Origin: an uncultured Bacilli bacterium | GTDB taxonomy: Bacteria; Bacillota_I; Bacilli_A; RF39; UBA660 | Length of the DNA stretch: 64,000 bases | Assembly (NCBI GenBank): GCA_947598285.1 | Contig: CANQFE010000001.1 | Coordinates: 13,705 to 77,704 of the forward strand | Reading direction: 5' to 3' | Shown here: one piece after another, positions 1 to 8,756 of the stretch | Numbering within the stretch: the first letter of the stretch is position 1 | How the letters are laid out: every line of letters begins with the position of its first letter | The notes under the pieces: model-generated | The model's input: only the letters and a program-made list of their open reading frames with translations | Databases searched by the model: none | Told to the model about the DNA's origin: nothing | Program-made: the position numbers and the translations under genes

Positions 1-1356
1 GAAGTAATAGTACAGCAAATAGAGAAACAGAAACGAACAAATTTAAAAAATTTTGGAGTTGAATTTCCAGCACAATCAAAAAAAGTTTTAGAAACTCGTA
101 AAGAAAACATTATTAAAAAATATGGTTCGTATGAGCAATATTACAATGATATTTTTAATAAAGTAAAAGAAACGAATTTACAAAGATACGGTGTACAAAA
201 TGTAGCGACACTTAAAGAAACTATTCAAAAAGCTAAAAAGACTTCTTTAGAACGTTACGGAGAAGAGCACTACAGTAAAACAAAAGAGTACGCTGAACGA
301 GTAAAACGAATTAATTTAGAACGTTATGGTGTACCAGTTTATATGCAATCTGAGGAATGCAAAGAGAAAGTAAAAAAGCATTTTGAAGATACTTATGGAG
401 TCGATAATTATTCAAAGACCTCTGAATTTAAACAAAAATTTCAAGATACAAGTTTAAGAAAATATGGTGTTCCATATACTTGTATGTTATCAGAAGCAAG
501 AAACTTTTCTAATAATAGTAAGCCGAATAATCTCTTTGCAAAACGTCTTGATAATTTACATATTGAATATGAAAGAGAATTTAGTCTCGAAAGATATTCA
601 TATGATTTTAAAATAAATAACTATTTAGTTGAAATTAATCCATTTGCAACACATAATAGTACTTGGGGATTATTTAAAGAAGAAAATAAAAAAGATAAAG
701 AGTATCATCTACGTAAATCTCAAATTGCAAAGGAAAATGGATTTCAATGTATTCATATATGGGATTGGGATAATATAGATTTAGTGTTAGATATTATTTC
801 TAACAAAGAAAAAATATATGCACGTAAATGTATTATAAAAGAAATCAGTATTTTAGAAACAGATAAATTTCTTAATGCATATCATTTACAAGGAAGTTGC
901 AAAGATCAATCGATTAGATTAGGACTTTTTTATAATAATGAACTTATTCAAGTAATGACTTTTGGAGCACCAAGATATAATAAGAATTTTGATTTCGAAT
1001 TATTAAGACTTTGTACTAAATCTGGTTTTATGGTTGTTGGTGGAGCAAATAAGCTATTTGAATATTTTAAAAAAATTTATAGATTTACTTCAGTAATTAG
1101 TTATTGTGACAACTCGAAGTTTTCGGGATTAGTTTATATAAACATGGGATTTAGACTCAGACATGTTGGAAAGCCGTCCAAACATTGGTATAATGGTAAA
1201 CGACATATAACAAATAATCTTCTAAATCAAAGAGGTGCTGATCAGTTGTTAGGTACCAAGTATGGTAAAGGAACCTCTAATAGAGAGATTATGTTAGATC
1301 ACAAATTCGTTGAAATATATGATTGTGGTCAATCGGTATACGAATATATTAAATAA
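1..1356 (+). CDS. 5'-partial CDS; repeat-rich homing-endonuclease-like/DNA-binding protein (N-terminal tandem ~27-aa 'xRYGV/KYGV' repeats, C-terminal domain shared with 3054-3824 paralog)
   Basis: Frame 1 is open from nt 1 through the stop at 1354-1356. At least five tandem repeats of KxxxxxxLxRYGVxxxxQSxE. The C-terminal 200 aa is ~50% identical to the ORF ending at 3824. Sits in a structural module, as freestanding HEGs typically do. Confidence 0.45.
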   Translation, partial: EVIVQQIEKQKRTNLKNFGVEFPAQSKKVLETRKENIIKKYGSYEQYYNDIFNKVKETNLQRYGVQNVATLKETIQKAKKTSLERYGEEHYSKTKEYAERVKRINLERYGVPVYMQSEECKEKVKKHFEDTYGVDNYSKTSEFKQKFQDTSLRKYGVPYTCMLSEARNFSNNSKPNNLFAKRLDNLHIEYEREFSLERYSYDFKINNYLVEINPFATHNSTWGLFKEENKKDKEYHLRKSQIAKENGFQCIHIWDWDNIDLVLDIISNKEKIYARKCIIKEISILETDKFLNAYHLQGSCKDQSIRLGLFYNNELIQVMTFGAPRYNKNFDFELLRLCTKSGFMVVGGANKLFEYFKKIYRFTSVISYCDNSKFSGLVYINMGFRLRHVGKPSKHWYNGKRHITNNLLNQRGADQLLGTKYGKGTSNREIMLDHKFVEIYDCGQSVYEYIK

Positions 1357-1386
1357 CATATACAGATTAACAGGAGGTTAATATAG

Positions 1387-1980
1387 ATGGCTATTGAACA
1401 AATTGGTACTTATCATTTAGCAGATAGACCCGAATTGTATGAAGTTCAAAGAAATAATAACTACGAATTTATTGTTACAAATATTGATGATCTTATTCGT
1501 CCTGGCATGCTTGGTAATGAAACTAATGCAAAAATTAAGGACGCACAAAACATATTAAGAATATCCGTTACAAGTGCGTTTATTCCTCACTTCCAACAAA
1601 ATGTTGTAGAGATTCAACGTGGCAACAGTAAATTAAAGTATGCTGGAGTTCCTGAATTCTCTAATGGCGAACTTCAGTTTAACGATTATGTTGGTGCAGA
1701 TGTTAAAAGTATTCTTATGGCTTGGCAACATATGAGTTACGATGTTTATACAGAGAAAGTAGCAAGTTTACAGCGCACACAATATAAGAAAGATTGTTAT
1801 TTACTTGAGTATCCACCTGATTATTATGCTCCTCACCGCAAGTGGATTTTAAAAGGTTGTTGGATTTCAAATCTCCAGGAAAGTCCATATTCAGCTGCAG
1901 ATGGTGATAAGCACCAGATAAGTGCAACAATTGAATATGATTACGCAATGCTTGATACGTCAACATTATTTGAAGGATAA
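1387..1980 (+). CDS. hypothetical virion protein (size and position compatible with a tail tube protein)
   Basis: 197-aa ORF with a perfect AGGAGGT ribosome-binding site 7 nt upstream. Followed by a rho-independent terminator at 2018-2057. Lies upstream of the tape-measure cluster. Confidence 0.4.
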   Translation: MAIEQIGTYHLADRPELYEVQRNNNYEFIVTNIDDLIRPGMLGNETNAKIKDAQNILRISVTSAFIPHFQQNVVEIQRGNSKLKYAGVPEFSNGELQFNDYVGADVKSILMAWQHMSYDVYTEKVASLQRTQYKKDCYLLEYPPDYYAPHRKWILKGCWISNLQESPYSAADGDKHQISATIEYDYAMLDTSTLFEG

Positions 1981-2017
1981 CATATTTTAAGAGTTGAAAA
2001 AAGTTAACTAATAGTAT

Positions 2018-2057
2018 ATACTAGTGATTGGAAATATCTGATCACTAGTATTTTTAT
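2018..2057 (+). terminator. rho-independent terminator
   Basis: 11-bp stem ATACTAGTGAT / ATCACTAGTAT with a 12-nt loop, followed by TTTTTAT. Confidence 0.7.
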
Positions 2058-2969
2058 GTGGAGAATTTTGTGAAAAAGGGTAGAAAATATATTAATAAAG
2101 ATGGTGTTAATAAAGTCATAGATCCAGAAGAATTACCTTATTATTTAAACGATGGTTGGAGTTTAGGAAATACTAATGCAAGTCATAAGGGCATGACTGC
2201 ATGGAATAAAGGGTTAACGAAAGATACATCAACGTCCGTGGCTAAAATATCTTCTTCGAAAATTGGAGTTAAACGTGGAGAAGAATTTAGTAAACACATA
2301 TCCGATGTATTGACTGGACGAACTTTATCCGAAGAACATAAGAGAAAAATTTCACAATCACATGTTGGGAGATTAATATCTGAAGAATCGAAACAAAAGA
2401 TGTCTCAATCAAAAATGGGACATGAAGTTTCTAAAGAAACTAGACGAAAAATATCAAATTCGAAGATAGACCAACATCATTCGGAAGAAGCTAAAAAGAA
2501 AATTTCTTCTGCCATGAAAAGCAGAATAGTTCTACAAGAAACAAAAGATAGGTTGTCTGTAATACATAAAGATCCGAAATTTCAAGAGAAATTTAACGAA
2601 ACAAAAAGACAACATAATACCTTTAACACTTTATTACCAGAGGAACTATACTATAATTCATTAATTCAAATATATGGCGAAGATGATATTATTCGTCAAT
2701 ATAAAGATACTCGATATCCATTTAATTGTGATTTCTACATTAAATCATTAGATCAATTTATTGAGTTAAATTTACATTGGACACATTGTGGACATCCTTA
2801 CAATTCTGAAAGTGATGAAGACGCTAAATTACTTGAAGAATTAAAGATAAAAGCAGAAACATCAGATTTTTATAAGAAAGCTATTTATGTTTGGACAGAA
2901 CTAGACGTTAAAAAACAACAGATTGCCAAGGAAAATCATCTTAATTATGAAGTGATCTATGAATTGTAA
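2058..2969 (+). CDS. homing endonuclease-like protein with multiple NUMOD3 DNA-binding repeats
   Basis: Central region carries more than six tandem repeats of (S/T)xEx(K/R)xKISxSxxG(K/R), the NUMOD3 signature of phage/intron homing endonucleases. GTG start at 2058 or 2070. Confidence 0.6.
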   Translation: MENFVKKGRKYINKDGVNKVIDPEELPYYLNDGWSLGNTNASHKGMTAWNKGLTKDTSTSVAKISSSKIGVKRGEEFSKHISDVLTGRTLSEEHKRKISQSHVGRLISEESKQKMSQSKMGHEVSKETRRKISNSKIDQHHSEEAKKKISSAMKSRIVLQETKDRLSVIHKDPKFQEKFNETKRQHNTFNTLLPEELYYNSLIQIYGEDDIIRQYKDTRYPFNCDFYIKSLDQFIELNLHWTHCGHPYNSESDEDAKLLEELKIKAETSDFYKKAIYVWTELDVKKQQIAKENHLNYEVIYEL

Positions 2970-3053
2970 TAAAATTAGTTACGTTAAACAAAAACTTATA
3001 GCATTAGGTGAATCATTTTTTGAACATTATATTCTAGAGAATTATATTTATGA

Positions 3054-3824
3054 TTTTGTGTAAATGGAATTCTTATAGATGTAGCTATTACCGCATTATA
3101 TAATACATCATTTGTTCCACTAAGAACTCCTGTTAACAAGGATTATTTTTCAAAGAACCGTAATATTGCAATCATAAATAACTATAGATATATAGTTATT
3201 TATGATTGGGAAGATATAGATACAGTTTTTAATCTAATTGATAAAAATAAAAGTAAAATAAGAGCAAGTAAGTGTAAAATAGTTAGTATATCTTGTGCAG
3301 ACGCAAATTCATTTTTAAATAAGTATCATATTCAAAAAGCATGTCGAAATGCAACTTATAATCTAGCATTAAAGTATAATGGTGAGATTGTTCAAGTAAT
3401 GACATTTAGAAAGCCGAGATATAATAAAAATTTTGAATACGAATTGTTACGGCTATGTACAAAATCAGGTTCTATTGTATACGGTGGTGTAAGTAAATTA
3501 TTTAAGTATTTTTTACAAACAAGTGTTGCAACAAGTATAATTAGTTATTGTGACAACAGTAAATTCTCTGGTAAAATATATAAAGAATTAGGCTTTACGC
3601 TTGAAAGAATTAGTATTGCAAAACATTGGGTTAGGTTAAATCCATTTAAACATTTTACGGATAATCTCGTAAGGCAAAAAGGTGTAGATTCTTTACTTGG
3701 AACACATTTTGGTAAAGGAATGCTTAACGAAACTCTATTACTATCAATGGGGTTTTTACCTATATATGATGTTGGGCAAGCAGTATACGTTATAAATAAT
3801 TATCAAGAAAGAACGTTAATTTAA
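3054..3824 (+). pseudogene. 5'-truncated paralog (remnant) of the C-terminal domain of the 1-1356 protein; the longest ATG-initiated ORF is 3399-3824
   Basis: Reading frame is open from 3054 with no ATG until 3399. Conceptual translation from 3183 (…YIVIYDWEDIDTVFNLID…EIVQVMTFRKPRYNKNFEYELLRLCTKSG…) aligns collinearly with residues ~240-337 of the 1-1356 protein. The N-terminal repeat domain is missing. Confidence 0.5.
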
Positions 3825-3842
3825 CCTAACTGGAAAGAAGTT

Positions 3843-3872
3843 CCCACCGTTTATAAACGGTGGGGGGGGGGG
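3843..3872. repeat. 22-bp perfect palindrome (CCCACCGTTTATAAACGGTGGG) immediately followed by a G11 homopolymer
   Basis: Read directly from the sequence. Intergenic, between the HE remnant and the 3956 gene. Confidence 0.8.
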
Positions 3873-3955
3873 TATATTACTGGTAATTATAAGGTATCAA
3901 GAATGCAATAAATTGTATAAATATATATGTAAGTATACATAGGAGGATATAGATA

Positions 3956-4771
3956 ATGCATATATTAACTGAAGATAACCGTAATCAATTTATAGCTAAA
4001 TCTAAGTCCTCCACTAAAGGTAATGAACGATTTAAAAGAAGAACTAAGTCACAAATTCAAAATACTGTTCAAGCCATGAATGCTATTGATATGGATAAGT
4101 TATTTAAAAAAGATATCTTAACAATAGATATTCCTGTTCATGGTGAAACAGATAATTATAAAGTTAAAATATCATACGTAGGATTTTTAGATTTAGTTAA
4201 AAAGGAAGTGCAACGTTCTGGAATATGCACTTTAAGAGAAGTTTCTCGTGCAGCCATTAATGCATTCAATAGTAATGATATTTTTATAAATTGCAGTTGT
4301 CCCGATTATAGATATCGTTATAATTATTGGCGTAGTAAACAAGGACAAAATAGCGCAGAACCAGAAAATAGACCTTCTAATATTACAAATCCTCATGATA
4401 AATTAGGCAGTAGTTGTAAACATGTGTTATTAGTATTAAGTAATAATTCTTGGGTCTTAAGAGTTGCAAGAGTTATTTGGGCATATATCAATTATATGGA
4501 AAAGCATTATAAAAAATTATATGCCAATATTATTTATCCGGCTATATATGATAAAGAATATGAAGAGCCGTATCAATTGTCTTTTGATGACATGGAAGAC
4601 AACGATACACTTGATAGTGAAAAAGATATTATGGATAAAGCCGTTTCTTATAATCAACAAAGAACACGATTTCAAAAAGGAAATACTCAAGGTGTTAGAT
4701 TTGCATCAAGTAATAAATCAAATAATGACCAAATTTCAATACTTTCTGATATGCCTGATAATGAAAATTAA
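3956..4771 (+). CDS. hypothetical protein with SWIM-type zinc finger (CxCx(n)CxH)
   Basis: Motif …INCSCPDYRYRYNYW…SSCKHVLLV… matches the SWIM CxC…CxH pattern. Ribosome-binding site TAGGAGGA upstream. Confidence 0.45.
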   Translation: MHILTEDNRNQFIAKSKSSTKGNERFKRRTKSQIQNTVQAMNAIDMDKLFKKDILTIDIPVHGETDNYKVKISYVGFLDLVKKEVQRSGICTLREVSRAAINAFNSNDIFINCSCPDYRYRYNYWRSKQGQNSAEPENRPSNITNPHDKLGSSCKHVLLVLSNNSWVLRVARVIWAYINYMEKHYKKLYANIIYPAIYDKEYEEPYQLSFDDMEDNDTLDSEKDIMDKAVSYNQQRTRFQKGNTQGVRFASSNKSNNDQISILSDMPDNEN

Positions 4772-4823
4772 ATACTTAAAATTATGGTGTCTTGTATTAT
4801 ATTATATAATTATTATATAAGGA

Positions 4824-5588
4824 GTGAAACTTGTGGATAATTACACAATCGCTGAAGAATTTGAATTACCATCAAAAGGGAAAGTATATTCTCAAAAAGT
4901 AAATCCAATTGTTAAATTAAAATCAATGACTACAACGCAAGAGATGCGGCGACTTTCACCATCGGAAAGGCCTTATAAAGCAATGTGTGACATTATAGAC
5001 GAGTGTTTTGTTGAAAGTCCCGGCATTTCTTCATATGATATGTGTTTAGCTGATTATCAGTATTGTCTTATTAACTTAAGAATTGCTACATATGGAACCA
5101 GATACGATATTCAAACATCTTGTCCTTATTGTGGGAATACAGTTTATGAAAAAATTGATCTTGGAAATATGGATGTTAAATATTGTGACTTACAAGATTT
5201 AAATTCATTGTTTGAATTCGAGTTACCAAGAACAAAAAAGAAGATTAAAATAAATATTCAAACTCCAAGAATTATTGACGACGTAACAGTGCAAAATAAA
5301 GCCTTACAAAAAAAGTCAAAAGGTCAAGCAATTGATTCTTCGCTGCTTTTTAATATTGTTTCGTTAATTGAAACAATTGATGGACATGAATATGATCCAA
5401 TTCAAAAAGAGGACTTTGTAAGACAGTTACCAATGATGGACACTAACTACATCGTAAAAAAAGTTAATAAGTTAGTAGAAAGTTTTGGGGTAAATATGCA
5501 AATAGAGCATACCTGTCCTACTTGTGGGTTAGATTATAATAGCACCTTTCGCATCAACGGTGAATTTTTTGGACCCAACATTGACTGA
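4824..5588 (+). CDS. zinc-ribbon protein (CPYCGN…CPTCGL); candidate tail assembly chaperone, upstream partner of an overlapping ORF pair
   Basis: Two CxxC pairs. AAGGAG ribosome-binding site at 4818-4823, so the GTG at 4833 is the more likely start. Its 3' end overlaps the 5560-5796 ORF, which lies in the +1 frame, directly upstream of the tape-measure gene. Confidence 0.45.
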   Translation: MKLVDNYTIAEEFELPSKGKVYSQKVNPIVKLKSMTTTQEMRRLSPSERPYKAMCDIIDECFVESPGISSYDMCLADYQYCLINLRIATYGTRYDIQTSCPYCGNTVYEKIDLGNMDVKYCDLQDLNSLFEFELPRTKKKIKINIQTPRIIDDVTVQNKALQKKSKGQAIDSSLLFNIVSLIETIDGHEYDPIQKEDFVRQLPMMDTNYIVKKVNKLVESFGVNMQIEHTCPTCGLDYNSTFRINGEFFGPNID

Positions 5589-5796
5589 GGACGGTCGTCC
5601 GTATGGTCCGGTTAGATTAAAAGAAATAATTCGTGAGAGATATGAAATTTCAAAACGTATAAATACCTCTTATAATGATATTGGAGATATAACTCCAACC
5701 GAACGAGCATACTTATTAGAGTTTGCTTTAGATGATATCAAACAACAAAATAAAATAATTGAAGACGCAAATCGTAAAGTAAAATCTAAAAAGTAA
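5560..5796 (+). CDS. small ORF in +1 frame overlapping the 3' end of the 4824-5588 ORF; possible frameshift extension (chaperone gpG/gpGT-like arrangement)
   Basis: No ribosome-binding site of its own. Begins inside the T-rich stretch GAA TTT TTT GGA of the upstream ORF. Ends 14 nt before the tape-measure start. Confidence 0.35.
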   Translation: MNFLDPTLTEDGRPYGPVRLKEIIRERYEISKRINTSYNDIGDITPTERAYLLEFALDDIKQQNKIIEDANRKVKSKK

Positions 5797-5810
5797 AGGA
5801 GGGTGGTTAA

Positions 5811-8744
5811 ATGGCTAATGATTTTCAAAACCAAGTATCTTCACGCGGTTCATCTGGTGGTAACAATGTCAACGGTAGTGGCACAAGTGAAATTTCTGAT
5901 ATTTTAAAAGGTATTGGTTTTGATTTTAATACATATATAAAAGATCAACGTGACTCTTTAGCTAAGATGGCTGGAATGCAACAAAAGTTTTTAGAAGTTA
6001 TGTCAAAAAACGAAGAAATTGCAAATCTTAAAAATATTCAGAAAAAGTTAGAAGCTGAAAATTTATCAAATGAACAACGAATTGAATTAGAAACAAAGCG
6101 TCAACAGATTCTTGACCGTATGGTTATGGAGTCTTATAATACCGTTCATCAGTATCGAGAAAATCTAGATAATAGATATAATAAATCTCGTTCGATGAAG
6201 GAAAGAGCTACTTTAGCCAGACAATCCTCTATTGAATTAGAAGTTCATAAAGTTGCTATTCGTAAAAAATATAATGAAGAATTGAAAGCAGCTGCTGGTA
6301 ATAGTGTCAAACAAAAAGAGATTCTCGAAAAACAAGCAGACGAGCTTAGAACAATAAACGAAGAGCAAGCAATTGCAGATGACCAGTCGAAAAAATATAA
6401 TAGAATTAATAAAGCTCTAAAATTTACCGGAATGCAGTCTTCCGACGAACGGGAGCAGGAAAGAAAAGAACAGCAAGCTAGAAGATCTTCAAGATTAAAT
6501 GAGATTAATGAAGAGTTAGAAGAAATTGCACTATCTTATGATTCTTTAACTGATGAAGAAAAAAGAAATGCAGAGCAACGAGAATCACAACTTAAAGAAG
6601 AGCGAACACATTTAGAAGCGTTAAGTGAAAAAGAAACAGAACTAAGTAAAAAAAGAGAAGAAAATTTTGTAAAACTTGAAAATAGTGTAAACCAAGCATA
6701 TGAAAAGATGTTTACTTTACTAACAGAAAATGTTGGTAAAGTAAATGCTCGTTTACAAGGTTCTGGTCTTACATGGGAATCAACAACAGATCTTATTACA
6801 ACAAACCTTTCAATAAATCCATTTGTTAAAACAGAAAATGTAATAAATAAATTAGTTGAAGCTACCAATTTAGGTATTGCATATAACCTCGAGCAACGCG
6901 CATTTTTAGCTACAATTTCGGAAAAAATTGCTAGTACATTTAATGCCTTCGATTCAAATTTATTAAGATTAATAAAATTACAACAGGCAGATTCGACTGC
7001 TGCAAGATTAGGTATTGAATCTAGTTTAACTAAATTCTTAAATAGCATGTATGAAGATACAAGCTATCTATCAGATTTATCAAGCAGCGTTGCTGGTGCT
7101 ATTATTGATGCTAATGCACAGCTTGGACGTAATGCATCAGCAGAATTTGAATATACTGTTCAAAAATGGTTAGGTTCATTAAGCTCACTTGGAATGAGTA
7201 GTAATACCGTTACTAATATTGCACAAGGCTTAAACTACTTAGCAACAGGTGATGTTACTAGTTTAAGTAGTAACACGTCTTTACAAACATTATTTGCAAT
7301 GTCTGCAAATAGAGCTGGATTAAGTTATGCATCGTTGCTAACCAATGGATTAAATGCTTCTGATACAAATAAGTTGTTACAGAGCATGGTTGAGTATTTA
7401 AAAGAAATTGCAGAAAATGCTGATAACCAGGTCGTAAAAGGTGCTTACGGAAATATCCTCGGAATGTCTCTTTCAGATTTCCGTTCTATAACTAATTTAA
7501 CCTCCTCAGATATACAGACAATTGCAGGAAATCAACTAACTTACGAGAACTTAATTAACGAAGTTAATAATCAATTATCATTTTCAAATTTAATGAGCAG
7601 ATCTAATATTTCTGAAATGTTAAATACTGCTTATTCAAATGCACTGCTTGGTGTAGCAAGTGATTTTACAAGTAATCCAGCATTATATGCCATGCGACAA
7701 ACGTTAATGTTCTTAGCTGGTGAAGGAACTGACATTAATATTCCATTCGTTAATGCAGCTGGATTCGGTTTGGATTTAAATACAACAGTTGGGGACCTTG
7801 CAAGAATGGGCCTTGGAATTACGCAAGGATTAGGCTTAGTAGTTAATATATTACAAGGTTTAAGCGCTAGTGGTGGCCTTGACTTGGGTAGTTGGAATGC
7901 AAGAGAAACAACCCGTAGAGGGAATATTGGTAATCTATTATCAACTGTTATAGGTGGAACGTCAACAAGCACTTATGTTAGTAATACTAATCAAAGTGAT
8001 ATGACGAATCAAACTTTAAGTCGAGCGGTTGACGATTCAGAAGAAACCAAGAAAATTACAAATAAAAACACACAAGACGATGCAAAATCAGCAGAAAATG
8101 CGTATGAAGCATTAACGTCAGCATCTTCAAAACATGGTAATGGAAATGAATTCTTTTGGGTTAAAGACGCCTTACTTGCTGCGGTATATGATACTTCGAA
8201 TGGCGGTTCAATTAGAACGATTGATAGAAACTTATCAAATCTTTTTACAACAGTTTTTGGTAATCAGTCTGTTGTTGGTAAAGGATTTGTTAAGTCGTTA
8301 ATGTTTACTGACGGAACAATTCCAGTTGATGTTAGAAATAATTATATTAAAGTAGCAATTTCATCTGCAGATAGCGTTCCAATTTCAATAAAAGCAACGG
8401 ATGCACTTCCTGTTATTATTAGAAGTAGTGATACAACATTTAAAATTGCTGCTGAATCACTAAATTCATTAAAACAAAATTCAGCACCACAAACAGTAAC
8501 TATTGCGTCCACAAGTTCGGCAATTACGATTAATTCAAAGGACATAGAGAATGGCGTAAAAGCTGCTATTCTTGCACTTATTGGAAGCGAATCCGAAGAC
8601 GATAGATTATCTAGGTTCCTTGACAATGCGTCTGATGATACTAAAGGTATTCCAATAAAAGTTAGCTCTACACCAACGACAAATAACTTAAATGTAATTG
8701 TAAAAAATTCAGGTACAGAAAAGATTCCAATTACATCTAGATAA
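5811..8744 (+). CDS. tail tape measure protein
   Basis: 977 aa. N-terminal coiled-coil rich in E/K/R, then a long Ser/Thr/Gly/Ala-rich low-complexity middle and C-terminal region typical of tape measure proteins. Strong ribosome-binding site AAAGGAGG. Confidence 0.75.
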   Translation: MANDFQNQVSSRGSSGGNNVNGSGTSEISDILKGIGFDFNTYIKDQRDSLAKMAGMQQKFLEVMSKNEEIANLKNIQKKLEAENLSNEQRIELETKRQQILDRMVMESYNTVHQYRENLDNRYNKSRSMKERATLARQSSIELEVHKVAIRKKYNEELKAAAGNSVKQKEILEKQADELRTINEEQAIADDQSKKYNRINKALKFTGMQSSDEREQERKEQQARRSSRLNEINEELEEIALSYDSLTDEEKRNAEQRESQLKEERTHLEALSEKETELSKKREENFVKLENSVNQAYEKMFTLLTENVGKVNARLQGSGLTWESTTDLITTNLSINPFVKTENVINKLVEATNLGIAYNLEQRAFLATISEKIASTFNAFDSNLLRLIKLQQADSTAARLGIESSLTKFLNSMYEDTSYLSDLSSSVAGAIIDANAQLGRNASAEFEYTVQKWLGSLSSLGMSSNTVTNIAQGLNYLATGDVTSLSSNTSLQTLFAMSANRAGLSYASLLTNGLNASDTNKLLQSMVEYLKEIAENADNQVVKGAYGNILGMSLSDFRSITNLTSSDIQTIAGNQLTYENLINEVNNQLSFSNLMSRSNISEMLNTAYSNALLGVASDFTSNPALYAMRQTLMFLAGEGTDINIPFVNAAGFGLDLNTTVGDLARMGLGITQGLGLVVNILQGLSASGGLDLGSWNARETTRRGNIGNLLSTVIGGTSTSTYVSNTNQSDMTNQTLSRAVDDSEETKKITNKNTQDDAKSAENAYEALTSASSKHGNGNEFFWVKDALLAAVYDTSNGGSIRTIDRNLSNLFTTVFGNQSVVGKGFVKSLMFTDGTIPVDVRNNYIKVAISSADSVPISIKATDALPVIIRSSDTTFKIAAESLNSLKQNSAPQTVTIASTSSAITINSKDIENGVKAAILALIGSESEDDRLSRFLDNASDDTKGIPIKVSSTPTTNNLNVIVKNSGTEKIPITSR

Positions 8745-8756
8745 AGAGGTAATAAT

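Noticed and set aside
6536-8626. Minus-strand ORFs (6536-7048, 7631-7972, 8342-8626) inside the tape-measure gene, and similar embedded ORFs elsewhere (1715-1966, 4464-4820, 9896-10189, 13083-13292, 13696-14172, 15343-15663, 16747-16938, 20001-20546, 24104-24764, 26273-26638, 28852-29085, 29895-30599, 30621-30806, 31576-31770, 35822-36073, 37774-38043, 38303-38554, 39245-39454, 40752-40967, 43396-43590, 49109-49348, 50634-50855, 51151-51342, 52651-52857, 53054-53269, 54634-54903, 55487-55765, 59946-60149, 60648-60965, 61320-61709, 61891-62130)
   Set aside because: All are fully nested in or antisense to longer ORFs with clear homology or ribosome-binding sites. They have low-complexity or hydrophobic composition typical of spurious frames in AT-rich DNA and no ribosome-binding site.
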